DNA of 64,000 bases from Oceanispirochaeta sp. (GTDB taxonomy: Bacteria > Spirochaetota > Spirochaetia > DSM-2461): assembly GCA_963663385.2 (NCBI GenBank), contig CAXXXD010000003.1, positions 160,001 through 224,000 on the forward strand. Direction: 5' to 3'. Under the pieces are notes generated by a model, which was given only the letters and a program-made list of their open reading frames with translations, ran no database searches and was not told where the DNA came from. The position numbers were made by a program, and so were the translations under genes. Shown here one piece after another: positions 29,578 through 39,580 of this stretch; the stretch's first letter is position 1, and each line of letters begins with the position of its first letter.

Positions 29578-30969
29578 CTAACGGTTGTTCAGGGTATATA
29601 AAGCGGCTTCCCGGCCGGCAATTTTGCCGAATACCATAGCATCAGCCAGAGAGTTTCCCCCCAGACGGTCCTTTCCGTGAATACCGCCTGTCGCTTCTCC
29701 AGCGGCATACAATCCGTCTATGGGATTATCATTCTCATCCAGTACCCGTGCCTTTTCATCGATGGCCAGTCCTCCCATGCAGTAGTGAATTCCGGGAGTT
29801 ACCTTTATGGCAAAGTAGGGGGAACTGTTCAAAGCCGCTTTAAGATCTCTCCGCTGGAAATCCCGGTCATTTTCATACATAACAAAGGAATTCCAGCGTT
29901 CAATCGTGTTTGCAAGATCTTCTTCAGGCAGGTCCAGTTTTTCAGCCAGATCCGGAATTGTATCTGCCTTTTTAGTCAGTTGATTTTTTATATAGTACTC
30001 CGAGGCCTTCAGGCTCTCCCGGACGCCCTGATCAAAGATCAGCCAGGCAAATCCATCCTTCTGACTGAGGATGCTCCGACTGAGGTTGTCTCTGAAATCC
30101 ATCTCATTTGTAAAACGCCGGCCCAGGCTGTTGATAAGGATCCCGCCGTTTCCCCGGAGGGCTTCTGTTATCAGGGTACTGAATTCCGGTTCAACTGTCG
30201 GATGGGTCTGTATTTCATTCAGGTCGATCAGTTTGACAGGCATATCTTTTGTAAGAGTTATAAAGTCTCCTGTCGCTCCGGCGCTGTTTGTTGTATGAAA
30301 ACCTTTCAGTTCCGGATTAAAACGTGTCACCAGTTCAGGGCTGCCCCCGAATCCGCCTGTTGAAATGATTACTGCTCCAGCCCGTATCCTGTACTCTTTT
30401 CCGGTCCTGTTTTTTACAAGGACTTCCAGTTTATCCTTTTTCTGCAGAATCGAAAGGGCTCTGTTTTCCGTGCGGATATCGATCTGGTTATTTCGCAGAT
30501 GACTATAAAGTACTCTGCTGATCTCTTTCCCTACAGGGGAGCCGCCGGAAGGTCTGTATGTTCTGCTGTGACTATGCCCCGCAAGCAGTCCTCTGTCTTC
30601 CAGATCAGCGCCCATTTCTCTTAATTCCTGTAAAGCTTCCGAGCTTTTTTCCGCCATTATTTTTATAAGATTAATATTCCCGATAAAGCCGCCGGCTGTA
30701 CGGGTATCATTGATATAGCTTTCCATGTCCCTCTGTTCCGTAACGGCATTGAAGCCGGCTGTGGCTTTATTGGAGTTCCCGCCGGAGTAGGGCATCTTTT
30801 CCAGTAAAATGACATTGGCGGTATGGGTTCTGCTTTCTATGGCGGCCCTCATGCCTGCTGTTCCAGCCCCGATGACAACGACATCCGTCCTTTCGGGCAG
30901 GTATCCGGGGATTGTCAGGAGAAAAAAAGCTGTCAGGATTATCAGAAAAATGGCTGTAATGGCTTTCAC
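29578..30969 (-). CDS. Flavocytochrome c / fumarate reductase-like FAD protein, N-terminally anchored, lacking an FMN-binding domain
   Basis: Hydrophobic N-terminus, GAGTAG Rossmann motif, QTHPT, ITEALRGNG, HYCMGG, HGKDRLGGN; start overlaps the response-regulator stop. Confidence 0.88.
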   Translation of the reverse strand: MKAITAIFLIILTAFFLLTIPGYLPERTDVVVIGAGTAGMRAAIESRTHTANVILLEKMPYSGGNSNKATAGFNAVTEQRDMESYINDTRTAGGFIGNINLIKIMAEKSSEALQELREMGADLEDRGLLAGHSHSRTYRPSGGSPVGKEISRVLYSHLRNNQIDIRTENRALSILQKKDKLEVLVKNRTGKEYRIRAGAVIISTGGFGGSPELVTRFNPELKGFHTTNSAGATGDFITLTKDMPVKLIDLNEIQTHPTVEPEFSTLITEALRGNGGILINSLGRRFTNEMDFRDNLSRSILSQKDGFAWLIFDQGVRESLKASEYYIKNQLTKKADTIPDLAEKLDLPEEDLANTIERWNSFVMYENDRDFQRRDLKAALNSSPYFAIKVTPGIHYCMGGLAIDEKARVLDENDNPIDGLYAAGEATGGIHGKDRLGGNSLADAMVFGKIAGREAALYTLNNR

Positions 30970-31649
30970 TGTTTTCTTTTCAAGCGGTAGTAGTGCTGAG
31001 GACGGCCCACTTTTCCGTATTGCAGTTTCACATCCAGGATTCCCTGTTTATCCATAAAATCCAGGTACCGGCGGATAGTTACCCGGGCCATACCCAGTTT
31101 TTCCCCTATCTGTTCTGCCGTAAAACTGCCTTCCATCCCGGCCAGTTCTTTTTTTACCATTTCATAGGTCTTGCAACTCATTCCCTTATCCAGATCGACG
31201 GTTTTCTCATCTGATATTTCAGAGTTTTTACGAAAGACCCTGTCCAGGTTCTCCTGACTGAATTCATCGCTGCTGCCGATAGAGGCGATTTTTTCTTCCG
31301 CTTCCTCAAGGGCATCCCGGAAACGTTCAAATGTAAAGGGTTTTATAAGGTAATCCAGAGCTCCCAGATGGGCGGCCCGTTCCACCGTAGACTGACTGTT
31401 ATCGGCGGTTATAAAGATGACATGCACCGGGATTGATTCGTTTCGTATCCACTGCAGAAGGTCCGGCCCTCTGCCCGTGGGAAAATAGACATCCAGCAGC
31501 AGGAGATCGTAAGAGGTTTCCAGAAGTTTTTCCCGGGCTTTCTCTGTTGACGTTACTATGTCGCACTCTCCAACAAAGGGGAGTTTTTCCGCAAATCTCT
31601 GATTGATCTGTCCAACCATCGGATCGTCTTCCACTATCAGTATATTCAT
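30966..31649 (-). CDS. CitB/DcuR/MalR-type response regulator
   Basis: 'LIVEDD', 'LLLLDVYFP', 'DYLIKPF', 'RVTIRRYL', 'YGKVGRP'. Confidence 0.92.
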   Translation of the reverse strand: MNILIVEDDPMVGQINQRFAEKLPFVGECDIVTSTEKAREKLLETSYDLLLLDVYFPTGRGPDLLQWIRNESIPVHVIFITADNSQSTVERAAHLGALDYLIKPFTFERFRDALEEAEEKIASIGSSDEFSQENLDRVFRKNSEISDEKTVDLDKGMSCKTYEMVKKELAGMEGSFTAEQIGEKLGMARVTIRRYLDFMDKQGILDVKLQYGKVGRPQHYYRLKRKQ

Positions 31650-33220
31650 TCCCTCTCCTTCTTCTGCGGCAGGGGCAGTTTCACTGTAAAACAGGTATTC
31701 CCGGGCTGGGAATTTACTTCAATAGACCCTCCTGATCGGGTAATTTTCTCCCTTATCAGGTAGAGCCCAAGCCCTCTCCCGGGACCCTTTGTACTGAACC
31801 CTTTTAGAAAAATACTTTCCGTATCTTTTATGCCGGAGCCGGTATCGGCTACCTGCAGTGTTACAGAGGAAGGTTTCTGATGAATCTTTACCATAAGGGA
31901 ACCTTCCGCACTGTCTCTTAACTCTTCCAGACTGTTCTCAATCAGGTTTCCCAGAATCAGATTTATCTGATCGGTCAGACCCGTATTATCCTCAAGAAAA
32001 CTGTTATCCTCAAGGTAGCAGGAAACTTTCTGTTCCTGGGCTTTATTGTATTTGCCCAAAAGCAGACCTGCAACGGAAGGATCTTTAATACGGCTGTTCA
32101 GTCTGGCGATCATCTCTTTTCTGTTGTGACTGATTCCGGTAATAAACTGTATGGCTTCTTCGTACTCTTCCAGCTGTATCAGTCCGGATATGGTATGGAG
32201 TTTATTCAGAAACTCATGATTCTGGGCCCTCAGACCTTCATTAATCTGACGGATTCCGGTTATTTCCTCCGCCCGGGCACGCACTTCCGTCAGATCTTCC
32301 ATCAGGGCTGTCGCCCCCAGCACAGCCGTACCGTGATCATCCAGAATCGGTTCAAAACGGCATTGGAGGGCCAGGCCGGAAGGGGATACCAGGTCTGTAT
32401 GCAGGGCCTTTTTCAGCTCGAGGCACTGATTAAATTCTTCTTTAAAATAGTAGAGATCTACAGGCTGATTCATATCGGAACTGTTCAGCCCCGTCAGAAA
32501 CCGGGCTGCCGCGTTAAAATAGACAATCCGGGCATTCTGATCTATGGTAATAATCCCTTCCTTAAGATTTTCCAGGGTCATGGCTCTCTGCCCCAGCAGA
32601 CGGGATATCTCTTCCGGTTCCATACCATGCATGGACTTTTTTATATTGTAGGAGAGGATCCCGGATGAATAGATACTGATGAAAACCGCAAGGATAATAA
32701 AAAGGATAAACGTATCCAGGTTAAGTCTGATATCCTGATAGATCCTGCCGTTGAGCATACCCGCAATGACAAGTCCCGCCAGTTCGCCCTGATAGTAGAC
32801 CGGAGCGATGGCTTCGATGGAAGGAAGCGGGGATGAATCCAGGTGTCGTATTACCATCTCGGGATAGGGGGTCTTCAGCTGATCCAGTATAAATGGATCT
32901 TTTTCACGGGTATTAAGAAAACCGGGGTAGGTATGGGCATAGTAAATCCCTTCTGCATTTATGATATGAATATACTGCGTGCGGGTTGCCAGCTTCAGTT
33001 CTTCCGCTTTCCTCTGAATGGGAATACTGCCGTTGGAGCGTGTCAGATTGAATTGAACAGCTTCCATCCCGGAAATGGTTATGGCCAGGTCCCTTGCAGA
33101 AAACTCCAGTTGTGTTTCCAGGGTGCTGAACCACTGTTTGAATACGAGTAAGCCGATCATAAGGATCATGACGGTTGTAAATAAACTGGTAGCCAGGGAT
33201 ATTTTCCGATTCAGTTTCAT
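31646..33220 (-). CDS. CitA/DcuS/MalK-type sensor histidine kinase
   Basis: Periplasmic Cache domain between two TMs, 'GMEPEEI', PAS, H-box 'LRAQNHEFLNKLHTISGL', 'GFSTK..GRGLGL'. Confidence 0.92.
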   Translation of the reverse strand: MKLNRKISLATSLFTTVMILMIGLLVFKQWFSTLETQLEFSARDLAITISGMEAVQFNLTRSNGSIPIQRKAEELKLATRTQYIHIINAEGIYYAHTYPGFLNTREKDPFILDQLKTPYPEMVIRHLDSSPLPSIEAIAPVYYQGELAGLVIAGMLNGRIYQDIRLNLDTFILFIILAVFISIYSSGILSYNIKKSMHGMEPEEISRLLGQRAMTLENLKEGIITIDQNARIVYFNAAARFLTGLNSSDMNQPVDLYYFKEEFNQCLELKKALHTDLVSPSGLALQCRFEPILDDHGTAVLGATALMEDLTEVRARAEEITGIRQINEGLRAQNHEFLNKLHTISGLIQLEEYEEAIQFITGISHNRKEMIARLNSRIKDPSVAGLLLGKYNKAQEQKVSCYLEDNSFLEDNTGLTDQINLILGNLIENSLEELRDSAEGSLMVKIHQKPSSVTLQVADTGSGIKDTESIFLKGFSTKGPGRGLGLYLIREKITRSGGSIEVNSQPGNTCFTVKLPLPQKKERE

Positions 33221-33247
33221 TTGATCTCAGTATAGGCTCAGGACATC

Positions 33248-33285
33248 AAAATATAAAGGGGGCGGCCCGGTTACAGGCTGCCCCC
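33248..33285 (-). terminator. Intrinsic terminator after the flavinylated reductase gene
   Basis: GC-rich stem GGGGGCAGCC/GGCCGCCCCC followed by TTTATATTTT on the minus strand. Confidence 0.7.
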
Positions 33286-33307
33286 TGAAAATTACAGGGA
33301 TTGGAAG

Positions 33308-35029
33308 TTATTTGATATAGGCTGCAGCCTGAATTCCGGCAATTCTACCGAAGGTTGTAATATCAGCCATGGCATTTCCACCTAATCTGTTGGCGCCATG
33401 AACGCCGCCGGTAACTTCACCTGCAGCAAAGAGGCCTTTTACCCATTCGCCTGACTCATTGATAACTTTTGTTTCCGTATTAATTTTGAGTCCGCCCATG
33501 GTATGGTGAACGGCAGGTCCGACTTCTACCGCATAGAAGGGCGCCGTCGCCAGTTTCCGGGGCATATCAGGTCTGTTGAAATCAGGATCATTTCCCGCTT
33601 CTACATAAGTATTGTACTGACTTACTGTGGTTTCCAGCGCTGCTCCGTCAAGTTCCATGGCAGCTGCCAGTTCAGTCAGAGAGGCTGCTTCGGTCAGAAG
33701 CCCGGCTTTTGCATAGCTTTCAATAGCCGAGAGTGACTCCCGTACTCCCTGATCAAAAACCAGGAAGGCAGTCTTTCCGGTCTGCTCCAGCTCGGCCGCG
33801 GATACAACATCACGGGTCTGCAGCTCGGATACAAATCTTGCAGCATCCCTGTTTACAAGAATGGCGCCATTTCCGCGAACCGCTTCTGTAATCATCGTGT
33901 TCTTGACAGGCACTACTGTGGGGTGGGTCTGAATCTGTTCAATATCCACCAGCGCAACATTAAAAGGAGCAACCAGGTCAAGGGCGTCACCTGTAGCGCC
34001 GGGATGGTTTGTTGTTCCAAAGCCTTCCAGTTCAGGTTTGAAACGGACAACCTTTTCCTGACTGGCGCCGAATCCTCCGGTTGCCACTATGACAGCTTTT
34101 GCTGTGATATGATAGGTTCCTTCAGCTGTTTCAACATCAACACCATTTACACCGTTCTCATCAGCTGTAATGGCAACAACTTTACTGCCTGTGCGGATGT
34201 CCGCCACTTCTTCGGCCACTTTATCCAGAACACCGGCAACATGAGCGCCAACGCCGGCTCCGCCGGTCGGTCTGTGTGTTCTGTTATTGGATGAGCCTCC
34301 CATTCTTCCCACATCGTTAAGGTCCGCACCGAGAGATACAAGCCAGTTTACAGTCTCGGCCGATTTGGATGCCAGGACCTTTACCAGTTCGGGATCGTTC
34401 AGGTTTTTTCCACCCTTCATGGTATCATTGAAAAACTGTTCAACCGAGTCTTCGATACCCTTGGCTTTCTGCTGAGATGTTTCTGCGGCATTCAGTCCGC
34501 CTGTGGCATAGTTTGTATTACCGCCGACCAGGGGCATTTTTTCCAGCACAATAACTTTAGCGCCCGCATCGGCTGCGGCTTTTGCGGCAGAAAGACCGGC
34601 GCCCCCTGCTCCGATAATGACAACATCTGCCGAATCATCTTCCAGTTTGACTGCTGCTTCAGTTTTTGCTGAAGCGGCGCCGGCTTTTCCTGTGGAAGCC
34701 TTGGCAAGAGCGGCTTGAATGGCGGTAATCATACCGGCTGAGGTTTCGGAAGCGCCGCTGACAGCGTCAATATCACCGCTGTTGGCCTTGATGGCTTTTT
34801 CAATGAGAGTGTTCATGGGTTTGAGGCTGAATTCAGACTCGGGGTTTTCTGTTACCTCAATAGACTGGATGGCCTTTTTATCCACAGTAACGGAAACAAC
34901 GATTGTTCCGCCGTGACCCTGACCTTCTCCCAGGTAGGTTCCGGGAGTGTAAGCATCTTTGGCTCCGCAGCTCATAAAGAGGAGTGCAACCGCAGCCAGC
35001 GCACTCAAAAGGGGAATCATTTTTTTCAT
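33308..35029 (-). CDS. Lipoprotein flavocytochrome c / fumarate reductase with N-terminal FMN-binding (flavinylated) domain
   Basis: Lipobox 'LFMSC'; FMN_bind domain 'GTYLGEGQGHGG...DIDAVSGAS'; FAD domain with fumarate-reductase motifs QTHPT, ITEAVRGNG, ELQTRD, HHTMGG, HGANRLGGN. Confidence 0.9.
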   Translation of the reverse strand: MKKMIPLLSALAAVALLFMSCGAKDAYTPGTYLGEGQGHGGTIVVSVTVDKKAIQSIEVTENPESEFSLKPMNTLIEKAIKANSGDIDAVSGASETSAGMITAIQAALAKASTGKAGAASAKTEAAVKLEDDSADVVIIGAGGAGLSAAKAAADAGAKVIVLEKMPLVGGNTNYATGGLNAAETSQQKAKGIEDSVEQFFNDTMKGGKNLNDPELVKVLASKSAETVNWLVSLGADLNDVGRMGGSSNNRTHRPTGGAGVGAHVAGVLDKVAEEVADIRTGSKVVAITADENGVNGVDVETAEGTYHITAKAVIVATGGFGASQEKVVRFKPELEGFGTTNHPGATGDALDLVAPFNVALVDIEQIQTHPTVVPVKNTMITEAVRGNGAILVNRDAARFVSELQTRDVVSAAELEQTGKTAFLVFDQGVRESLSAIESYAKAGLLTEAASLTELAAAMELDGAALETTVSQYNTYVEAGNDPDFNRPDMPRKLATAPFYAVEVGPAVHHTMGGLKINTETKVINESGEWVKGLFAAGEVTGGVHGANRLGGNAMADITTFGRIAGIQAAAYIK

Positions 35030-35313
35030 TATAAAAAATCTCCTGCATGTTTTTGATAAAAAAATAGCGATAAAAAAATAACGATTAAAAGTTACAATGT
35101 TAAAGTGAAAACCGCAATGTTTAGAAAGATAATGAGCTTTTAGATCTTATTGGTCGCAAAGGCGGGTGAAATCTCCTATAATATTTAAGAAATATAAGAC
35201 CAAAATAATAGGAAATCTTGATTTATAGAGTTTTAACTGATAAAAGTAGAATCGGTAAATATTGCACGATTTCTGGCTAATTATTTATGCGTTAACATAT
35301 AAAGGACTGGATT

Positions 35314-37332
35314 ATGAGAAAGATAGTTATTTTGGGCGGAGGATACGCAGGTGTCCATGCGGCAAAGCACTTCCATAAAGCTTTTAAAAAGAATCAGGAT
35401 GTGAAGATTACCCTGATTGACAAAAACCATCATCATACTTTGATGACAGAACTGCACGAAGTGGCGGGAGATCGGGTTCCCGATGACAGCGTCCGCATTT
35501 CCTTTGACCGGATTTTTGCCGGGACCACTGTAAATGTCGTACAGGACGAGATTGTAAAACTGGATCCTGAAGCAGGAAAACTCTATTCCGAAACTGCCGA
35601 ATACGGGTATGACTATCTGCTTATGGGAACCGGAGCCGAAACAACCGATTTCGGAATCCCCGGAATTAAAGAGCACTCCCTGCCTCTGTGGAGTTTCAAC
35701 CATGCCATCCACATCCGGGAACATGTGCGGGAGATGTTTTTCAAAGCCGCTCATGAAAAAGATGCGGAAAAACGGAAACAGTATCTGACATTTGTTGTAG
35801 CCGGATCCGGATTCACCGGAGTCGAGATGGTGGGTGAACTGATTGAGAATATCCCTGTTCTTTCTGCTGAGTATAAGGTGGATCCTGCAGAGGTTCAGCT
35901 GATCAATGTTGAGGGACTGGGGAATATTCTGAGTATGATTCCCGAAAAGCCCCGTGCCAAGGCTCAGCGTTATATGGAGAAGAAGGGTGTAAAAATCATG
36001 CTGAATTCTCTCTGTGTAAAAGCGGACGAAGGCTCCCTGACTTTGAAAGACGGTACGGTCATCAAATGCGGTACCCTGATATGGACCTGCGGAATCAAGG
36101 GCGGTTCCTTCGGGGCCTCCACAGGGCTGACTATCGGCCATGTGGACCGTCTGCAGGTTGATAAAACCATGAAGTGTCCCGACTTTGATAATATCTACCT
36201 GGCGGGGGATGCCATCTGGTTTCTGGAGGATGAACGGCCTGTTCCCCAGATTGTGGAAGCGGCAGAACAGACTGCTGCCGTTGCGGCTCACAATATTATC
36301 CGTGAAATAACAGGCAGGGGAGAAGTCAAATCATTTAAATCCAATTTTCACGGTTTTATGGTATCCATCGGCGGGCGTTACGCTGTTTCCTATACAGGCG
36401 GGGTCGCTCTGTCCGGAAAACCAGCTATGGCTCTGAAGCATCTGGTTAATGTTTACTACCTTCAAACCGTAGCGGGCGTAAATGCGTGGTGGAAGTATCT
36501 GGAACATGAAATATTCAATATCAAAAACAAACGTTCCTTTCTGGGCGGTCTGGTTGCCGGAAAGATCAACGGTTTATGGGCCGTCCTTCTGAGACTCTGG
36601 CTTGGCCTTATGTGGGTTATAGAAGGGGTGAACAAAATCGGTGAAGGCTGGTTTAACTTTGATAAGGGTTCCAGCTCCTCCTGGATGTTTTCCCAGGGGG
36701 TCATCCAGGCCGGTCTGCCTGTCGCTGATGCCGGATCAGCAGCATCGGAAGCTGCTGTGGAAACTGTTGCAGAACCTGTGACTGAAGCGGTGAGCGCGGC
36801 AAGCGGTGCGGTAGGTGAGGCTGCCCATGCCGCAGCGGAAACAGCGGCTGATGTCGTCAGCGCCGCTTCGGGAGCGGCTGACGCTGTTGTCGAGACTGTC
36901 GCCCGTACATGGGGACCTGTCTGGGATACTTCTTTAAGCATCCTGTCCTGGGATAATCCTCTGGTAACCTGGTTCCGGCAGACCTTTATGGATGGTATGG
37001 CAGCCTATATACCCTTCCAGTTCTTTCAGGTAATGGTTGTCTCTGTGGAAGTCGCACTTGGTCTTGCACTGATGGGAGGCCTTTTTACATTTCCTGCTGC
37101 GGGCGTTTCCATTATTATGTGTCTGGTCTTTATCCTTTCCGGTCTATTCAGCTGGAGTCAGCTCTGGTTTATCTTTGCGGCTATTGTGATGCTGGGCGGA
37201 GCCGGACGGAATACCGGCCTTGACTACTGGGTCATGCCCTGGCTGAAGAAATGGTGGAATGGGACATCCCTTGCCCATAAGACGTACCTGTATAAGGGTG
37301 AACCGAAAATCCGAAAAAGAAAACAGGGGTAA
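35314..37332 (+). CDS. ndh: Type II NADH dehydrogenase fused to a C-terminal DoxX-like membrane domain (EET-type Ndh2)
   Basis: Two Rossmann motifs (GGGYAG, GSGFTGVE), 'IYLAGD', 'EAAEQ'; C-terminal 'LRLWLGLMWVIEG..K' to 'GAGRNTGLDYW' DoxX-like TM domain with an Ala-rich loop. Confidence 0.85.
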   Translation: MRKIVILGGGYAGVHAAKHFHKAFKKNQDVKITLIDKNHHHTLMTELHEVAGDRVPDDSVRISFDRIFAGTTVNVVQDEIVKLDPEAGKLYSETAEYGYDYLLMGTGAETTDFGIPGIKEHSLPLWSFNHAIHIREHVREMFFKAAHEKDAEKRKQYLTFVVAGSGFTGVEMVGELIENIPVLSAEYKVDPAEVQLINVEGLGNILSMIPEKPRAKAQRYMEKKGVKIMLNSLCVKADEGSLTLKDGTVIKCGTLIWTCGIKGGSFGASTGLTIGHVDRLQVDKTMKCPDFDNIYLAGDAIWFLEDERPVPQIVEAAEQTAAVAAHNIIREITGRGEVKSFKSNFHGFMVSIGGRYAVSYTGGVALSGKPAMALKHLVNVYYLQTVAGVNAWWKYLEHEIFNIKNKRSFLGGLVAGKINGLWAVLLRLWLGLMWVIEGVNKIGEGWFNFDKGSSSSWMFSQGVIQAGLPVADAGSAASEAAVETVAEPVTEAVSAASGAVGEAAHAAAETAADVVSAASGAADAVVETVARTWGPVWDTSLSILSWDNPLVTWFRQTFMDGMAAYIPFQFFQVMVVSVEVALGLALMGGLFTFPAAGVSIIMCLVFILSGLFSWSQLWFIFAAIVMLGGAGRNTGLDYWVMPWLKKWWNGTSLAHKTYLYKGEPKIRKRKQG

Positions 37333-37335
37333 TCA

Positions 37336-38304
37336 TTGTCCATCCATCCCATCTGGAAGGATTTCCCTTCTCTCCGGACTGATCTTGCAGCTGTATCGGA
37401 TCAGATCAGGAGGGTTGTGGAACAGAGTCCTGAAGCAATTAAGAATGATCTGGCCCGCCTCCTCCTGAGCAAGGGTAAAATGCTGCGTCCCGTTTTTGTC
37501 ATTTTATCTTCGGGCTGGGGAGAGGAACAGAACGAGAATCTTCCTGCTGTAGCTGCTGCTGTTGAACTGCTTCATCTTGCCTCTCTGGTACACGATGATG
37601 TTCTGGATGAGGCTGTTTCCCGCAGGGGGGTCGCCACACTTCATCAGACAATGGGCATTAAAAAGGCGGTCCTTACAGGAGATTATCTTCTGGGGGTCGC
37701 CATGAAGCTGGGGATGAGCGAATTCCGTAAAGAAAACGTTCCTGTCATGATGGAAAGCCTCAATCGTCTTCTGGAAAGTGAGATCGATCAGGATTTTTCC
37801 GGAAAGAGCATGAACATAGACCGTGAATCCTATCTAAAGCGTATTAAAGGAAAAACCGCCGAGCTTTTCGGTCTGGCCTGTATGATCGGGGCAATCGTCA
37901 GCGGATGTGAAGATGTTCTGGTCGAGAACCTTCAGAAACTGGGAATCCTTTTCGGGATGGCCTTTCAGATAGATGACGATATTCTGGACTATACGGGATC
38001 GGAAGGTCTGCTCGGAAAAAATACCGGAAAAGACCTGAAAGAGGGAATCCCGACTCTGCCTTTTATTCTGGCATTGGAAGAGGGGGATAAAAAAGTCCTG
38101 GCCTATACCGGGTCCTCTTTTCGGCGTATCTTCCCGGGATCTCTTCAGAGGTACCTTATCCGCAAGGGGTATGTGGAAAAAGCAGTAGTAATTTCAGACT
38201 CCTATAAAAAGGAAGCGGAGGAGCTTCTGCTCTCCCTGCCGGAATGCGCTTCAAAAGAGATTTTTCTCAGAGTCCTTAAGACGTTTCAGAAGCGGGACTG
38301 CTGA
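37336..38304 (+). CDS. Polyprenyl diphosphate synthase (HepT/DmkB-like)
   Basis: 'GKMLRP', first Asp-rich motif HDDVLD..RRG, 'KTA', second motif QIDDDILD. Confidence 0.92.
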   Translation: MSIHPIWKDFPSLRTDLAAVSDQIRRVVEQSPEAIKNDLARLLLSKGKMLRPVFVILSSGWGEEQNENLPAVAAAVELLHLASLVHDDVLDEAVSRRGVATLHQTMGIKKAVLTGDYLLGVAMKLGMSEFRKENVPVMMESLNRLLESEIDQDFSGKSMNIDRESYLKRIKGKTAELFGLACMIGAIVSGCEDVLVENLQKLGILFGMAFQIDDDILDYTGSEGLLGKNTGKDLKEGIPTLPFILALEEGDKKVLAYTGSSFRRIFPGSLQRYLIRKGYVEKAVVISDSYKKEAEELLLSLPECASKEIFLRVLKTFQKRDC

Positions 38305-38420
38305 TTTATATTTATACTTTTCAGATGTTATCAGATCCGGCAGCTGTTTCAAAGCATAAGCTGTCGGATCATCATGTTCCGGGGACCTGCTGGAGAGAGA
38401 ATCGAACTGCAGCAGATCCT

Positions 38421-39035
38421 CTAGAAAAATCTCTCCAGTAATACCGACCCCCATACCAGTATTTCCAGAGGCAGAATATAGAGAAAGGCCAGAGGATAGG
38501 ATCTGCCGGTATCTGCCTCCGGCAGTTCCGGATCAGAGAGAGCTTCAGGCGGGAATATTTCCATCAGGATCCTGTCCAGACTGCCTATGAAATCCCTGGC
38601 TTTTACATGCTTTCTGCCGTCCAGTATCTCTTCAAAGTAGTAGAACATTCTGCCGAGCAATCCGCCCAGCTTTCCCGGGAATTGCAGGGACGGGGTTACT
38701 GTAAAGAGTGAGAGAAACACCAGTCCCATCAGGGTTATCCCTTTCAGGATCCCCGTTTCCAGTGAACCGTCTGTTATTGTTAAGGGACCTATCTCCCAGA
38801 GGATGCGCCCTGCGGGAGTCAGAAGATGGAAAAAGGTTATGGAGCCGGTCATCATCAGAAAGTAGATGTATCGAATCCTTTTGCCCGCAAGGGTTACCAT
38901 AATAGCAAATACAGCTACAAGAAGCAGTTTTATAATCAGCCAGTCTATAAGAAAGTATCCTGGTATCAGACTCAGTCCTGTCCAGAAACGGGCTTTGGGA
39001 GAAATGATCCGTCCCAGTTTGTCGACTTTTCTCAC
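38421..39035 (-). CDS. Membrane protein, possibly ECF transporter T-component-like
   Basis: GTG start overlaps the stop of the upstream Gx-transporter gene; several TM helices; 'TPAGRILWEIGPLTITDGSLETG' resembles CbiQ/EcfT. The ORF-track N-terminal extension overlaps the upstream gene. Confidence 0.6.
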   Translation of the reverse strand: MRKVDKLGRIISPKARFWTGLSLIPGYFLIDWLIIKLLLVAVFAIMVTLAGKRIRYIYFLMMTGSITFFHLLTPAGRILWEIGPLTITDGSLETGILKGITLMGLVFLSLFTVTPSLQFPGKLGGLLGRMFYYFEEILDGRKHVKARDFIGSLDRILMEIFPPEALSDPELPEADTGRSYPLAFLYILPLEILVWGSVLLERFF

Positions 39036-39580
39036 AGGGACTCCCTCATCTGCGCCCACCAGAGGGACTTTTCGGAAAACCGCTGGGCAAACAGACCGAT
39101 AAACAGTCCCGACACGAGTCCGATTCCCAGAAACAGCGGAAGGATACGCCAGGCGGACATCCCGAAGATGAATGTTATGGAGAGTGTTATCTGGGCCATG
39201 TTGCTGACAAGGGCCCCCAGTACGCTTATGCCTATAAAGGAGATATACGGAGTCAGATAATGCCACGCCAGGAACATTATAATCCCGCTTGCTAACGATC
39301 CGCTCAGGGAAAACAGAAAAATATAGGAAGCCATAGTCCCGTTAACCATTCCCTGGCCGAGCACCTTGAGCAGTATCAGCAGAAAATAGGAAGCCATCGG
39401 CAGCACGTGGGGATCCCCCTTTTTACGGGGAAGGAGATCCAGCGCCAGGATAACAGGCAGGTTGGCCAACCCCAGACGCATAAAGGGAATGGGACGGGGA
39501 AAAAGGTACTCCACTGTGGATAGGAAGAGACTGAGGGAACCCAGCATGGCAATACGGTTCAGCTGTTTTTCAGTAAACAT
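39032..39580 (-). CDS. Gx transporter / heptaprenyl diphosphate synthase component I family (EetB-like)
   Basis: 'E.LFP.PIPFMRLGLANL', 'FSLSG', 'SFIGISVLGALVSNMAQ'; GGAGG SD 9 nt before ATG 39580. Confidence 0.82.
   Translation of the reverse strand: MFTEKQLNRIAMLGSLSLFLSTVEYLFPRPIPFMRLGLANLPVILALDLLPRKKGDPHVLPMASYFLLILLKVLGQGMVNGTMASYIFLFSLSGSLASGIIMFLAWHYLTPYISFIGISVLGALVSNMAQITLSITFIFGMSAWRILPLFLGIGLVSGLFIGLFAQRFSEKSLWWAQMRESL

Noticed and set aside
35281..36291. 336-aa minus-strand ORF
   Set aside because: Antisense shadow of ndh with no recognisable domain.
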